Source: Candidatus Moraniibacteriota bacterium
Lineage (GTDB): Bacteria; Patescibacteriota; Minisyncoccia; Moranbacterales; UBA1568
Reading direction: 5' to 3'
DNA: 64,000 nt
NCBI GenBank assembly: GCA_028688415.1
Contig: JAQTYF010000001.1
Location: 208,627-272,626, forward strand
A program made the translations under genes and the position numbers. The notes under the pieces were generated by a model. It saw only the letters and a program-made list of their open reading frames with translations, did not search any database and had not been told where the DNA came from. Below are positions 48,019 to 58,208 of the stretch, piece by piece (the first letter of the stretch is position 1; the number at the start of each line of letters is the position of its first letter).

Positions 48019-49602
48019 ATGGCAGGTGATATGGCATATAAGGTTTTGATTACAACATCTGGTACAGGATCGAGACTCGGTGATATAACAAAATATACGA
48101 ATAAATCTCTCGTGAAAGTCGGTAAAAAACCGGCTATTTCGTACATCATTGAAGCATATCCAAAGAATACTGAATTTGTTATCACCGTCGGATATTTTGG
48201 AAATCAGGTCCGAGATTTTTTGAAACTTGTCTATCCGGAAAAAAACTTCAAATTTGTTGAAGTTGATAAATATGAAGGGAAAGGAAGTAGTTTGGGATAT
48301 TCTATGTTGCAAGCGGCATCTCAATTGCAATGTCCATTTATTTACCATGCTTGCGATACAATTATATCTGGAAAAATACTAAAACCAAAAAAGAATTGGA
48401 TAGGGGGATTTCTCGGGGAGGGTTCCTCTCATTACGCTTCATTTGATGTTGTTGATGGGAAAGTGCAACAGATGTATGACAAAGGAATGATAGATCCTGA
48501 TTTTTTGCATATCGGGTTGATAGGTGTACAAGAATATAAATCTTTTTGGGAAAATTTGAAAGAATTGCATAGGAAAAATCCAACCAACGGTGCTCTCAAT
48601 GACGTTGAAGTAATTAGTAAGATGATAGGACAAGGGAGTGAATTTGGAGTCGTTCCGTTTGAGGAATGGTACGACATCGGCAATGTCGAGAGCTTGCATA
48701 AGGCGCGGGTTGAGATCGAAGATTCGTTTAGGATTCTTGACAAATCAGATGAATCGATTTTTATTTTTGATAAGTTTGTAGTGAAGTTTTTTTATGATGA
48801 GAAAACTGTTGCGCAGCGCGTTGAAAGAGGGAGGCTTCTTAGAGGACTTGCGCCTGAAATTGAGGGATCAACAAAGAATTTTTATCGTTATAAGTATGCA
48901 AACGGAAAATTGTATTCGAAGGTCGCCACCCCGATAGATTTTGGTACATTTTTGCGTTGGTCAAAGAAAAATCTTTGGAAGCCGAATCGGGAGGTTTCCG
49001 ATCAAGAATTTAAAAAAATCTGTTATGATTTTTATTATAAAAAAACAGTGGAGCGAGTAGAAAAGTTTTTAGTTTCACGCAAGGTGAAGGACGCGGAGAT
49101 TGTCATCAATGGTGAAAAAGTTCCTACTATCAAAAAAATGCTCAAGATGATTGATTTTGATTGGCTATGTAATGCAAAGCAAAGTGGGTTTCATGGAGAT
49201 TTCATCCTTGATAATCTTTTGAAAAAAGGTAAGTCAGGGTATGTGCTTTTGGATTGGCGTCAGAACTTCGGAGGGCTTCTGAAGTCGGGGGATATGTATT
49301 ATGATCTTTCGAAGTTAAATCACAATTTGACGGTGAATCATGAAATCGTGAATAATGATTTGTTCAAAATTGAGATAGAAAAGGACGAAGTGACTTGTGA
49401 TATTCATCGGAAAGAGAACCTTGTCCAGTGTCAGAAAGCATTATTTGAGTTTCTTCAAAAAAACGGATATGATACAAAGAAGGTGAAAATATTGACTGCA
49501 TTGATTTGGCTCAATATGTCACCGCTTCATCATCATCCTTTTGATCTTTTTTTGTTTTATTTCGGGAAATTAAATCTCTGGCGCGCGCTCAACGAAAAAT
49601 AG
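48019..49602 (+). CDS. NTP-transferase fused to a phosphotransferase (APH/choline-kinase-like) domain
   Basis: GTGSRL..TNKSL, WYDIGN; HGDFILDN, LDWRQ, YYDLSK. Confidence 0.85.
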   Translation: MAGDMAYKVLITTSGTGSRLGDITKYTNKSLVKVGKKPAISYIIEAYPKNTEFVITVGYFGNQVRDFLKLVYPEKNFKFVEVDKYEGKGSSLGYSMLQAASQLQCPFIYHACDTIISGKILKPKKNWIGGFLGEGSSHYASFDVVDGKVQQMYDKGMIDPDFLHIGLIGVQEYKSFWENLKELHRKNPTNGALNDVEVISKMIGQGSEFGVVPFEEWYDIGNVESLHKARVEIEDSFRILDKSDESIFIFDKFVVKFFYDEKTVAQRVERGRLLRGLAPEIEGSTKNFYRYKYANGKLYSKVATPIDFGTFLRWSKKNLWKPNREVSDQEFKKICYDFYYKKTVERVEKFLVSRKVKDAEIVINGEKVPTIKKMLKMIDFDWLCNAKQSGFHGDFILDNLLKKGKSGYVLLDWRQNFGGLLKSGDMYYDLSKLNHNLTVNHEIVNNDLFKIEIEKDEVTCDIHRKENLVQCQKALFEFLQKNGYDTKKVKILTALIWLNMSPLHHHPFDLFLFYFGKLNLWRALNEK

Positions 49603-49607
49603 GAACT

Positions 49608-50147
49608 ATGAAAAAGAAAACAATCAAAAATTTCATATTGGATGTCGATGGCGTTTTCACTGATGGTAAATTCTATTACACCATCGATGGTAAGGTGATG
49701 AAAAAATTTGGTCCAGAAGACAATGACGCTCTTTCTCTTTTGAAAGACAGGTTGCATCTCCATGCTATTTCAGGCGATAAGAATGGATTTGCTATTACTA
49801 AAAGAAGGATTGCTGATGATATGAAACTCCCACTAGATCAGGTGAGCACATTTGAACGTATGGAATGGATTCGTGAGCGATTCGACCCAGAGGAGACTAT
49901 TTACATGGGGGATGGTATATTCGATCCGCTCGTTTTTAAATATGTTGCATATAGCATTGCACCAGCTAACGCATTCTATAAGACGAAGGAACAAGCAGAC
50001 TTTGTCACCGAGGCAAGAGGAGGAGAAGGCGCAGTTGCGGAAGCGTGCCTCCATATATTGGAAAAGTTTTTTGATGAATCATTCGATATACATTCGCTCG
50101 ACCTCAAGAATGGATCGGGCGCGTGGACAAATAAAAAGTCAGTATAG
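49608..50147 (+). CDS. KdsC-like HAD phosphatase
   Basis: LDVDGVFTDG, YMGDGIFD, GGEGAVAE. Confidence 0.88.
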   Translation: MKKKTIKNFILDVDGVFTDGKFYYTIDGKVMKKFGPEDNDALSLLKDRLHLHAISGDKNGFAITKRRIADDMKLPLDQVSTFERMEWIRERFDPEETIYMGDGIFDPLVFKYVAYSIAPANAFYKTKEQADFVTEARGGEGAVAEACLHILEKFFDESFDIHSLDLKNGSGAWTNKKSV

Positions 50148-50172
50148 GTTTTTTATAAATAAAATTTATTGT

Positions 50173-51300
50173 ATGGAATACATTGAAAGAAAGAAAAGTA
50201 TAATAACAGGAAAAGAAAATCTGGAGCAATTGCATACATTTAAGGATTTTCCGGTTTTCTTTGGTTGTGTTGAATATGGCCCAGAGAAAGACATTAAGGC
50301 TGATATGAGTTGGGCAATATGCCCGGAATCGGGTGTGATTCAGCTGGATAAGCTCATCCCACTTGATATCCTCTATCAGGAGCAACATGTTGACGGAACT
50401 GGTCCGACATGGGAACGGTATTACCATGATTTTGCCGATTATATAAAGAAGCAACCTTCGACGAATATCCTTGAGATCGGGGGCGGTGCAGGGAAGCTTG
50501 CCGACATTTTCACCGGCATTACTAAAGAAACGTCTTGGACACTCGTTGAACCCAATCCGTTGCACCCGGGGAATGATCGGGTCAAGATTACACGCGCTTT
50601 TTTTGATGAAAATTTCAAGTATGAGGGCGATGTGGATACGGTGGTTTTTTCACAGGTGATGGAACATGCCTACGATCCGAATCAATTCGTGGAATCCATA
50701 GCGAAATTCCTGAAACCAGGTCAAAAACTCATTTGTGCCTATCCGAATTTGAAGTTGTGGCTTGAAAATAAATACACGAACGCTATAAACTTCGAACACA
50801 CTATGTTTTTGACGGACTACTTCGTCGATTATCTCTTTGTTAAGCACGGATTTGTCATAAAGGACAAGTACTTCTACAAGGATCACAGTATATTCTATGT
50901 CGCGGAAAAGCTGGGACAGCCGGCAGTCGCAACCTTCGAAAATCAATACATGGAGTACAAAAAAATATTTAATGATTTCATTCAATATCACCAGGATATC
51001 GTGAGGAATTTGAACGAGAAAATATCCGATTTTGACGGTGAAGTGTATCTCTTTGGTGCACACATTTTTGCACAGTACCTTTTTGAGTTTGGATTAGACC
51101 AAACAAAAATTGTTTCACTGCTTGATAATTCTGGTTTGAAAAAAGAAAAACGCCTTTACGGTACAAATTTGATTGTTCATGGACCGGAGATTCTTCAAGG
51201 TAAAGGGAAAGTCGGTGTGGTTTTGAAAGTCGGTATATATCGGGATGAAATATTGAAACAACTGAAGGAAATAAATCCTGAAGTTATTATTTTTGAATAG
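50173..51300 (+). CDS. SAM-dependent methyltransferase (sugar C-methyltransferase-like architecture)
   Basis: LEIGGGAG, SQVMEH, FEH, C-terminal LFGA..LLDN..K..LYGT. Confidence 0.8.
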   Translation: MEYIERKKSIITGKENLEQLHTFKDFPVFFGCVEYGPEKDIKADMSWAICPESGVIQLDKLIPLDILYQEQHVDGTGPTWERYYHDFADYIKKQPSTNILEIGGGAGKLADIFTGITKETSWTLVEPNPLHPGNDRVKITRAFFDENFKYEGDVDTVVFSQVMEHAYDPNQFVESIAKFLKPGQKLICAYPNLKLWLENKYTNAINFEHTMFLTDYFVDYLFVKHGFVIKDKYFYKDHSIFYVAEKLGQPAVATFENQYMEYKKIFNDFIQYHQDIVRNLNEKISDFDGEVYLFGAHIFAQYLFEFGLDQTKIVSLLDNSGLKKEKRLYGTNLIVHGPEILQGKGKVGVVLKVGIYRDEILKQLKEINPEVIIFE

Positions 51301-51304
51301 TGCT

Positions 51305-52435
51305 ATGGTAACTGCAATCTGTAATATCTTTATAAACTCGGATTTTAAGCTCAGATTGTTTAAAGAAACGTTTCCGCGTGTATATGATGTTTCTGATAAT
51401 TGGCTTGTAAATATTCGAGGGAAGTATCGCGAGGATGTCATAAAATATATCCAGGAAACTTTTGAGGATTCTGGAGAAAATTGTATTTTTTTCTCTGGAC
51501 TTGATAACGGTGATTGGGCGAGAAGTACCAGTAAAATGCTTGAGAGATCAAGATATGACTACGTTTATGTCTTTCTCGAGGATCATTTTCTCCTGAAATC
51601 ACTTGATCATTTCAAAGATGTTATCCGAGATATGGAAGATAGTGATATAGATTATTTCCAATATTCATTTTTTAACGTTGGGTTACACACGAACAGTATA
51701 GAAAAAATCTACCCGGATTTTACTGATTTCTTTTGTTCATTTATCTTGGAGCCGAAACAGCTTCGTGAAATTAGAAAGAATCATAAATATTTTTTTCCCT
51801 ATTCTCTTGCTAGTGTAGCTTCTAAGCGTTATTTTCTGAAGTTGTTAGAGCTAGAAAGAAAAAAAATAGTAAAAGTACCTTCTATTCTTCAAGAAATTCT
51901 AGGGAAGATATTTCTTCGTCATCCAAAAAACAGATTGCTTTGGTTTGTTCTTAATAAAATGATTACGAAAATTGGTTTTCGTCTCGCAATTTATTCTCCT
52001 GCTACGCCGTTTAATTTGGAGAAGTCTCTTTTTGATTTTGACGAGGAATTAATGTCAATTAAAGTTGGTGTTCTAACGGAAGAACTTTTTGCGAATTGGG
52101 ATGATGACAATGGTGTATCTGACACATCTCTTATGAAGCGTGGGTTGTACCCATTATCTTTTGTGGTTAATGATGTTAATTATGAACCATCTATTTTAAA
52201 AAAATATAACCAATCAAAAGAAAGGAGTTTAAAGTTTCAATATTATGCGGATAAGTCACGTATTACTACTGTTCCATTGAAATATATTTCTGTTGAAAGT
52301 GGGTCATTGAAAATTGTGTCATCTTTGGAAACGGTAAATTTAAATGCTGGAGAATACGTGTGGGTTGCTGCAAATATCCCACATATGATTACGGCAATAG
52401 AAGATTGCTGGTATAATGTATATATACGAGATTAA
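51305..52435 (+). CDS. Putative glycosyltransferase-like protein with C-terminal cupin-like domain
   Basis: YVFLEDHF acidic motif; LNAGEYVWVAANIPH cupin-like motif. Confidence 0.55.
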   Translation: MVTAICNIFINSDFKLRLFKETFPRVYDVSDNWLVNIRGKYREDVIKYIQETFEDSGENCIFFSGLDNGDWARSTSKMLERSRYDYVYVFLEDHFLLKSLDHFKDVIRDMEDSDIDYFQYSFFNVGLHTNSIEKIYPDFTDFFCSFILEPKQLREIRKNHKYFFPYSLASVASKRYFLKLLELERKKIVKVPSILQEILGKIFLRHPKNRLLWFVLNKMITKIGFRLAIYSPATPFNLEKSLFDFDEELMSIKVGVLTEELFANWDDDNGVSDTSLMKRGLYPLSFVVNDVNYEPSILKKYNQSKERSLKFQYYADKSRITTVPLKYISVESGSLKIVSSLETVNLNAGEYVWVAANIPHMITAIEDCWYNVYIRD

Positions 52436-52450
52436 TTTTAAAAAAAATCT

Positions 52451-53179
52451 ATGCACATCTATAACAAGGAGTTTTATGAAGATCAGCAGAATGGTTCATA
52501 TATTTCAGCGAAGGAAATATTGCCTATAATTTTTGACTTGATTAATCCGAAATCAATTGTTGATGTAGGATGCGGTGTTGGGACATGGCTTAGTGTATGT
52601 CAGGAACTAGGTGTTGATGATGTGTTGGGATTGGATGGCCCATATGTTTTAGAAGAAATGCTTAAAATATCGGCTACAAAATTTAAAAAAACTGACTTAT
52701 CAAAACCGGTAAATATTTCACGTAAATTTGATTTAGCAATGTCGTTAGAAGTAGCCGAGCATTTATCTGAATCAAGTGCTGATTGTTTTGTTGAATCACT
52801 TACAAATCTGAGTCCTTTTGTGTTTTTTTCTGCAGCTATTCCGTTGCAAGGGGGGCATAATCATGTTAATGAACAATGGCAAGGATATTGGGCTGATCGA
52901 TTTTTTAAAAAAGGATATATAGCTATTGATTGTATTCGCCCTGCTGTTTGGGGGAATGATGCTGTTGAATGGTGGTATGCCCAGAACGCACTACTTTTTG
53001 TAAAAAAAGAAGTACTTGATAGCCGAACAGATCTCCAACTATTGCATCAGAATACTCATAAAAATCAACTTAACTTAGTGCATCCTAAAAATCATATAAG
53101 ATTTTTTGATGCCACTCGCGTTTCTTTGTTTTCTGTTTTGAAGTCTCTTCCGAAGCGCGTTCTGAGTTCTTTTAAGTGA
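52451..53179 (+). CDS. Class I SAM-dependent methyltransferase
   Basis: VDVGCGVG, FDLAMSLEVAEHL, FSAAIPLQGGHNHVNEQ. Confidence 0.9.
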   Translation: MHIYNKEFYEDQQNGSYISAKEILPIIFDLINPKSIVDVGCGVGTWLSVCQELGVDDVLGLDGPYVLEEMLKISATKFKKTDLSKPVNISRKFDLAMSLEVAEHLSESSADCFVESLTNLSPFVFFSAAIPLQGGHNHVNEQWQGYWADRFFKKGYIAIDCIRPAVWGNDAVEWWYAQNALLFVKKEVLDSRTDLQLLHQNTHKNQLNLVHPKNHIRFFDATRVSLFSVLKSLPKRVLSSFK

Positions 53180-53186
53180 ATGATAT

Positions 53187-54002
53187 ATGTCTGAGCATAT
53201 TTATAATCCCATACTTTCTGTTGTTGTGGCTGTGTTTAACGGGGAAAGATTTCTTTCGGAAGCAATCGATAGTATTTTGAGTCAAACATATGATAATTTT
53301 GAGCTTCTCATCATTAATGATGGGTCTACTGATGACACGGAAAAAATCATTCAAAATTATACAGAAAAAGATGGGCGAATTGTATATATAAAAAATAATG
53401 TTAATTTGAGGCAATCAAGAAGTTGGAATAGAGGTATAAAAATCGCAAAGGGACAATTTATTATCAGGATGGATGCTGATGATATTTGCCTTCCGGATCG
53501 ATTTGAGAAACAGTATCAATATATGCTGTTACATCCTAATATCGGGGTTCTCGGGTCTCATTATTATATATTTTCCAACAATAAAGAAAAAAAAGCTAAA
53601 AACGCCCCTTTTTTTAGTATAATTGATGGGCGACCGCCAGTTCATCATCCAACTTGTTGTATCCGTAAAGAATTATTTGAAAAGTTCGGATATTATGATT
53701 CGCGATATGATAACGCTGAAGATACAGAACTTTGGTATAGATTTTATTCGAGAGGGGTTGAATTTTCTAACTTAGATGATTATCTTTTATTATATAGAGT
53801 ACATGAGAATAATGTGAGTATAAAAAAACAAAAAAAACAAGTTTATTTGCAGTTAAAAATAAACCTTCTCGCTGTATTCAAATATAGGATTAAGTTTTCT
53901 TTGAAGGGATATCTTCGTATATTAGAGCAATTTTTTTATCTTATATATCTTTCGTTTGGATTGGATAAAATTTACCAGAGAGGCAATACAAGTTTAAAAT
54001 GA
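53187..54002 (+). CDS. Glycosyltransferase family 2
   Basis: FNGERFL, INDGSTD, RMDADD, HPT, AED. Confidence 0.92.
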   Translation: MSEHIYNPILSVVVAVFNGERFLSEAIDSILSQTYDNFELLIINDGSTDDTEKIIQNYTEKDGRIVYIKNNVNLRQSRSWNRGIKIAKGQFIIRMDADDICLPDRFEKQYQYMLLHPNIGVLGSHYYIFSNNKEKKAKNAPFFSIIDGRPPVHHPTCCIRKELFEKFGYYDSRYDNAEDTELWYRFYSRGVEFSNLDDYLLLYRVHENNVSIKKQKKQVYLQLKINLLAVFKYRIKFSLKGYLRILEQFFYLIYLSFGLDKIYQRGNTSLK

Positions 54003-54003
54003 A

Positions 54004-55104
54004 ATGAAAAAGATTTGCATAGTAAATTTTAATGTTTATTGTCTATTCAATCCAGAGAGTTCTGCTCCTATGGGTGGAGCAGAGTTGGATATGTATACCG
54101 TTGCTAAGGGATTGGAGAGTGCGTATGATGTAACGGTAATTACGGGGGATTGGGGGCAGAAAGAAGATGAAATCTTTGGAAAAATTCATGTTTTTCGTTC
54201 CTTCGAGCTAGGTAAGAAGGGAATGCTTCGATTTTTTCGTGGAGTTTTTTTATTTTGGAATAATCTTTCTCAAGTAGATGCAGATGTCTATATTTCTTCT
54301 GGAGCGGGTCCAGAAATTGGTATAATTGCATTTTTCTGTAAGTTAAAAAAGAAAAAATTTATATATCGTACAGCATCTGAGATTGATTGTAATAAAAAAT
54401 ATATCAACTTAAATGGCATCAAAGGATTGATATATAAATACGGCCTTGAGAATTCCCATCGTATTGTAACGACGGTGCGACAACATAAAAATTTATTAGC
54501 ATGCTCTCATTCAAATACTGAGAATAAGGTTTTGCATATCAATCTCGGTATATTTTCGGGAAATAAGCAGGAGCAGGGAAAAGATAGTGTTTTATGGGTT
54601 GGTCGCTGTGATTCGTTGAAAAATCCAGACGCCTATATAGATATAGCGAAATATATTTCCGATTATAAGTTTGTTATGATTTGCCCGAGGCAAAAGCATA
54701 ACTCGGATTATTTTGAAGAAATAAAAAGAAAAGCTGAATCCTTGCCGAATATGACGTTTATTGACTTCGTTCCGTTCAAAGACATACAGCCCTACTTTGA
54801 TAAATCGAAAATATTTGTAAATACCTCTGATTTCGAAGGATTTACGTATACTCTAATACAAAGCGGATTGGCACGAACACCAGTAGTCTATCTGAATGTC
54901 AATCCCGATGAGGTTATTACGAAGCATAATATTGGATATGTTGCGGATGGCGACAAAGAAAAAATGGCTGAACAGATAAGTATGCTTTTGAACGATGAGA
55001 AAGACTGGAAAGAAAAATCAGAAAATGCTTTCCGATATGTAAAAGAAAACCACGATATAAATATCGTGGGAGAGCAATGGAAAAATCTTCTAGAAGAAAT
55101 TTAA
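54004..55104 (+). CDS. Glycosyltransferase family 4
   Basis: MGGAE, WVGR..K, VNTSDFEGF. Confidence 0.88.
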   Translation: MKKICIVNFNVYCLFNPESSAPMGGAELDMYTVAKGLESAYDVTVITGDWGQKEDEIFGKIHVFRSFELGKKGMLRFFRGVFLFWNNLSQVDADVYISSGAGPEIGIIAFFCKLKKKKFIYRTASEIDCNKKYINLNGIKGLIYKYGLENSHRIVTTVRQHKNLLACSHSNTENKVLHINLGIFSGNKQEQGKDSVLWVGRCDSLKNPDAYIDIAKYISDYKFVMICPRQKHNSDYFEEIKRKAESLPNMTFIDFVPFKDIQPYFDKSKIFVNTSDFEGFTYTLIQSGLARTPVVYLNVNPDEVITKHNIGYVADGDKEKMAEQISMLLNDEKDWKEKSENAFRYVKENHDINIVGEQWKNLLEEI

Positions 55105-55940
55105 ATATTATTCTTCTTAAAAAGAAATTCGTTGCAACCAATGCTTCGTGCTGGATTGGTTTTTTCACATTCGAATCCTCGCTCTTTGAAATAGGAGATA
55201 ATTTTTTCTTCTGATGCGTATTCGTATGGGTATCCGCCGAGCCAATCCTTGATATCAGTCATAAAGCTCATTCCTCGCAGAGAGTGATAGTTTTTTATGT
55301 ACGCGATAGGATTTACAAGATTCAGAGCGAGTCCGATGATGTAATATGTCGTGTAAATAGCTTCGATGATGTGCTTCTCAACACTGCTACTTTTATTGTA
55401 GATTTTTTTAACTTTGAACCAGAAATTTGAGGTTCCTTCCATAAACCGTTGGTTGTCGTTGTAGAGTGCGACATAGAGTTTTCCCTCAGGATTGATGAGC
55501 ACGGTAACGTTCTGGAGCGCCTGATACATATCACCAGTGTGGTGGAGTACCCCCCAGGAATAGACAATATCGAATGCACCAAGCGAATTGATAAAGTTTT
55601 GATCGAGTGCTGACCCTGTTTTTATCTGCCAATGCTCTGGTTTCCCATTCTTTTCATAAAGATATTTGGCACACGCTACCGAAGCATCATCGATATCGAT
55701 ACTCAGGATACTTTTCGCTCCGAGCCGGTACGCCGCCAATGAAAAGAGTCCGCTACCACAACCAATATCAATAAAAGATTTTCCGGTAATATTTTCCTTG
55801 CCACCAAGGAAATCAATAAGTGATTTTTCAGCTTCTTGTATCCTTCTCTCGGTAAGGCTTTTTAGGAAATTTTGCCAATTTTTTCCAAAGCTGAAATGTT
55901 TAATATTTTTATAGCTTTCTTCGTACAGTTCATTTTCCAT
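55101..55940 (-). CDS. Class I SAM-dependent methyltransferase
   Basis: FSFGKNW, IDIGCGSG, FDIVYSWGVLHHTG, DWLGGYPYE. Confidence 0.9.
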   Translation of the reverse strand: MENELYEESYKNIKHFSFGKNWQNFLKSLTERRIQEAEKSLIDFLGGKENITGKSFIDIGCGSGLFSLAAYRLGAKSILSIDIDDASVACAKYLYEKNGKPEHWQIKTGSALDQNFINSLGAFDIVYSWGVLHHTGDMYQALQNVTVLINPEGKLYVALYNDNQRFMEGTSNFWFKVKKIYNKSSSVEKHIIEAIYTTYYIIGLALNLVNPIAYIKNYHSLRGMSFMTDIKDWLGGYPYEYASEEKIISYFKERGFECEKTNPARSIGCNEFLFKKNNI

Positions 55941-55948
55941 AAAGTATT

Positions 55949-57082
55949 CTATTTGATTGTCTTTATTAGAGTATTTTCCCATTTTTTTGCTATTTTTTCA
56001 AGTGAAAAAGAGTTTTTAATGGTCTTCTTGGCCTCTTTGGATAACTGACTTCTTACTGTTTCGCTTTTTTGTATCTGTTTGATTGCTTGAACGATATCTG
56101 AACTATTTTTTGCAGGGACGAGCAATCCTGTTTTTCCATTTTCTATTAGAACTCTATTTTCCGGGATATCGGTAGTGATGACTGGAATTCCTGAAGCCAT
56201 AGCCTCCATGATAGCGTTTGACTGCCCTTCAAAGAGGGTTGGTAGAACGAAAAGATCAGATATTTTGAGGAGTTGTGGCACATCGATTCGACGACCGAGA
56301 AAAGAGATGTTGTTTTTAGATTGATAGTTTTGAATCTGGTGTTTCAGATTTTCTTTTTCTATGCCTTCTCCAACAATGAAGAGCTTGAGATTTCTTGCGT
56401 TCTCTGGATTCCCGCTTTCGCGAGAATGACAGAATAGTGATTCGAATGCTTCGAGGAGATAGTAATGTCCTTTATTGATATGAAGATTGGCAACGCAGAT
56501 AATCACGAAATCATCTGGTGCGATGCCGAGAGATTTTTTCAATTCTGAATCAGAGGTGATGGCATCAAAGTATTCGACATCGATGCCATTGGGAATGACA
56601 GTGATTTTGTTAGGATCTACACCGAGGTGCTCGATGTAGAAATCTTTGACTGCCTCAGAATTGGCGAGATAGTCTCTTACAAGAGATTTCGTGAGCCATT
56701 CAAAGATACGTGCGATGAGATATTTCGGATGATTGTATGTGGTACGGAGGAAGGGAATAATAGTTGCTTTAGCCGTATTGTAGAGTGCGAGGCGACCAAG
56801 TATATCAGCATGGAAAAGATATGTGAGAATGATATCAGGATTTTCTTTTGTGACGATTTTACGGAGACGAAGAATACCAGGAATATCGAAAAGACTCTTG
56901 CAGTGAATCGCTTCGACAGTGATGCCAGTAGTGGCGAACTTTGGAGCGAGTTCATCGAGTTCTTTTAAAGTGATAATTTTATGCTCAAAATCATCGAGGA
57001 GAGGAAGTGTACGAAGAAGCATATTCTCGCATCCACCGTTACCAAGAGATTGGATAATATGGAGAATTTTTTTCTTTGGCAT
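55949..57082 (-). CDS. Glycosyltransferase family 4
   Basis: GGCE, IPNGID, KGH, FEGQSNAIMEAMASG. Confidence 0.92.
   Translation of the reverse strand: MPKKKILHIIQSLGNGGCENMLLRTLPLLDDFEHKIITLKELDELAPKFATTGITVEAIHCKSLFDIPGILRLRKIVTKENPDIILTYLFHADILGRLALYNTAKATIIPFLRTTYNHPKYLIARIFEWLTKSLVRDYLANSEAVKDFYIEHLGVDPNKITVIPNGIDVEYFDAITSDSELKKSLGIAPDDFVIICVANLHINKGHYYLLEAFESLFCHSRESGNPENARNLKLFIVGEGIEKENLKHQIQNYQSKNNISFLGRRIDVPQLLKISDLFVLPTLFEGQSNAIMEAMASGIPVITTDIPENRVLIENGKTGLLVPAKNSSDIVQAIKQIQKSETVRSQLSKEAKKTIKNSFSLEKIAKKWENTLIKTIK
56405..56431 (-). repeat. REP/RPE-like palindrome inserted in frame (encodes CHSRESGNP)
   Basis: TGTCATTCTCGCGAAAGCGGGAATCCA on the minus strand; 27 bp. Confidence 0.75.
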
Positions 57083-57084
57083 AC

Positions 57085-58173
57085 TTAGTGCGTACCGACG
57101 CAGGTGATACCAGCCTCGGGGTGTTCAAATGATTGTACGTCCTCTAACTTGCTATCGCTGAACCATTTTTCGATTTCTTCAACATAGTAATAGTTACTTT
57201 TTGGAGTCGCGAGAACATCGAAAGCATCGTTGAGCTTCATATTGAAAGGAAAATTCTCGTAGTAGGCAAAGGGGAGTTTCGTAGCAAGCGATTTGAATCC
57301 TATCATCTTGAGGAGTTTCCCGAAAAGATTGATGAGATGAACAATAAATCCAGGAATGTAGCAAAGTTTGAAGAGAATCGGCTTAGGGAGTTTTTTCAAG
57401 AAATCACGAAGCGGTTCATAGAAATAGAGGGCACGAGCATTGTTCCGTCTGTTGTAAACCCAAATAAGCATCTTTCCACCTGCTCTAAGAGTTTTTGGAA
57501 GACGGGAAAATCCATCTTGCGGTTTGGGGAGGTGGTGAAGCACTCCGATCGAATAGGCAATATCGAAAGTATCAGTAAACGGCATATGATAGATGTCGGC
57601 CTGGACAATACAGATGTTCGGAATATCTTTGGTCATTTCGTAGGCGACTCCGACAGTTTCTCCGAGATCTGTTCCAAATGAAATCTCGGTTTCTGAGAGT
57701 CCTGCCCACTTCGTGAAGCGCCCAGACCCGCATCCTATATCAAGTGTCTTTTTTCCTCTCAGATTCTCTTCTTTCAAAAATGGTGAGAGAAAATGAAAGA
57801 AATTGCTTTTCTCGTAATTATTCTCTTTATAGATGTACTTCCATTCGTAGGCGAAACTTTCAGCTGTTTTCTTCTGGTGCTTCCAGAAAGCGTCAAGGTC
57901 AGGAATATTGTCGATAGCTTTCTGCCACTCAGCGTGTATATTTTCGGGTAATTTTTCTTTCCAAGTTTTGAAAAAGTCTTGATGAGTTTGGAGGAGGTTC
58001 GTCTTCAGCTCGTCTATGAGTATTCTAGGAATACCGTTTATGATCGGATACCAAGAACCTGCTGTTGTGACGAGGCCGGAAATTACGTGCGATCCTGCTT
58101 CTTCGAAGACAATAATGTCGAATGGATTATTTGAGACCGGATCAGAGAGATACGAGAGATGATTTCGTCGCAT
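57085..58173 (-). CDS. Trm112-like N-terminus + class I methyltransferase
   Basis: YPIINGIPRI; LDIGCGSGR, FDIAYSIGVLHH. Confidence 0.85.
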   Translation of the reverse strand: MRRNHLSYLSDPVSNNPFDIIVFEEAGSHVISGLVTTAGSWYPIINGIPRILIDELKTNLLQTHQDFFKTWKEKLPENIHAEWQKAIDNIPDLDAFWKHQKKTAESFAYEWKYIYKENNYEKSNFFHFLSPFLKEENLRGKKTLDIGCGSGRFTKWAGLSETEISFGTDLGETVGVAYEMTKDIPNICIVQADIYHMPFTDTFDIAYSIGVLHHLPKPQDGFSRLPKTLRAGGKMLIWVYNRRNNARALYFYEPLRDFLKKLPKPILFKLCYIPGFIVHLINLFGKLLKMIGFKSLATKLPFAYYENFPFNMKLNDAFDVLATPKSNYYYVEEIEKWFSDSKLEDVQSFEHPEAGITCVGTH

Positions 58174-58208
58174 GGTTTCTAAATTTATTGATTAATTTAA
58201 TTATTATA

